From Podarcis tiliguerta (taxonomy: Eukaryota): 64,000 nucleotides of DNA. Position 1 is the first letter of the stretch; every line of letters begins with the position of its first letter. The notes beneath the pieces were generated by a model, which saw nothing but the letters and a program-made list of their open reading frames with translations, made no database searches and had not been told where the DNA came from. Where the stretch lies: the NCBI GenBank assembly GCA_965153285.1, contig OZ229121.1. One strand, written 5' to 3'. Positions 62,897 to 64,000 of this stretch are shown here, piece by piece. Position numbers and translations under genes: made by a program.

Positions 62897-63621
62897 ATTA
62901 ACTACGTGAAAGTGCAATGTGAGAAATCATCACGGTCATTTCTGGCAAACACCCACAAACTACAGGCTTATTAGGAAGATAAGAGGCAGCGACCTTAGCC
63001 AGAAGTGAGCAGAGGCAGAAGTATTGTGATCGTCATCCGAATCCTTGGATCCCAAACATGACTCAACCCTGATGGAAAACCATCACCCCCCCCCAACCCA
63101 GCTTGGAAACCCACATCTCAGCTATTAGGATACAAGGGGGTGGGGGTGGAAATTCCAATATTTTTATGGAAACAAAATAAAATTTACATCGCAGAGACAC
63201 TTAGGTGCTGTTTAAAACCTCATTCTAAAACATGTTATGATTTCATTAGTAATAAAAATCTGGAATGTCGTTAAATGTGTCATCCTAATTGTTTCAAGGC
63301 CTGTGTGATCAAACCATGTTTCGTAATACACCCCCCGAGACTAAAAGGCACCAGAGCAATTTGCCAGCCCCCGTCCCCCAACTATTTTATAGATCAAAAG
63401 CTAATTCTCATTCCTCTTTCCCAAGCAGTATAATACCCCCAGAGGTTTTTGCTATCTCACTGTTACACGTGCCTTTAAAGTAGCAGGCTGCTTCAATTCC
63501 AGTTCAATTTAAAATGTACATTTCTTCAGCTGAGATTCATTTACTCTCTTTTTCTTTTTCACTTTCTCACTCTTTCTTAGGGATCATGAACTGGTAGCTC
63601 AGAGTCAAATCAAGACCCGAG

Positions 63622-63757
63622 AACAATTTCCCAAACTTGGGACGCCAGCCGTTTTTGGACTACAAATCCCATCATCCCTGGTTATCAAGACCAGTGGTCA
63701 GGGATGATGGGAGTTGTAGTCCAAAAAAGATCTGGAGACCCAAGTCTGGGAAGCCTG
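63622..63757. mobile_element. Palindromic hAT MITE
   Basis: ttcccaaacttggg / cccaagtctgggaa arms; ggactaca.atcccatcatccctg core. Confidence 0.75.
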
Positions 63758-64000
63758 ACTGGGTATGGGACAGCGTCCTATGTTCCAAAAGCAACGTATC
63801 GCTTTGGATACTGTGTGATGAAGCTTCCTTCAAGATGAGCCACAAATCAGCAGTCTTGCTATGTACTCCTTTCAAACCATGCATACCAAAGTTAATGCTG
63901 GTGTTCATGTTGAGAGCATATAACATCCAGTCCCTTTGGGATTATGACCAAATGAGGAGGGCGATAGTTTCTCAGAGACATTTCCCAGAAATCATAGAAC

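Noticed and set aside
54325-64000. Beta2-chimaerin SH2 exons
   Set aside because: No SH2-like translation found; the region appears intronic.
1-64000. CRISPR arrays, operons or other prokaryotic systems
   Set aside because: The sequence is intron-containing vertebrate DNA; no repeat-spacer array was seen.

Overview
Vertebrate nuclear DNA from a squamate, most likely a lacertid lizard (inferred from Sauria SINEs with ACCTTT tails and the L2/CR1/hAT/Tc1-mariner mix). The window holds the 3' part of CHN2 (beta-chimaerin) on the minus strand. This comprises the beta1-specific first coding exon (ATG 54042), whose last 78 nt also serve as the beta2 exon, plus six more GT-AG exons (85, 174, 78, 138, 106, 172 nt) ending at stop 27712. 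The beta1 CDS is 1002 nt (333 aa) with intact C1 and RhoGAP domains. Downstream on the same strand is PRR15 (CDS 14348-14743), with a probable non-coding first exon and promoter in the CpG island at about 21950-22960. The CHN2-PRR15 order matches mammals. The rest is intron or intergenic DNA rich in transposons. Main leads: (1) nine ZEB/SNAIL-type E2-boxes at the PRR15 promoter, next to four miR-200-family seed sites in the CHN2 3'UTR, suggesting opposite control by one EMT circuit; (2) a candidate unannotated 90-nt phase-0 CHN2 exon that would keep the first C1 zinc-ligand His in register; (3) four divergent solo-LTR-like elements, each with an acidic ORF in the same register from the TGTCA terminus; (4) a 1.1-kb non-autonomous L1-type element with an 18-bp TSD; (5) hAT MITEs stacked on a re-used 8-bp target. 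All coordinates were read by eye and no database searches were run.
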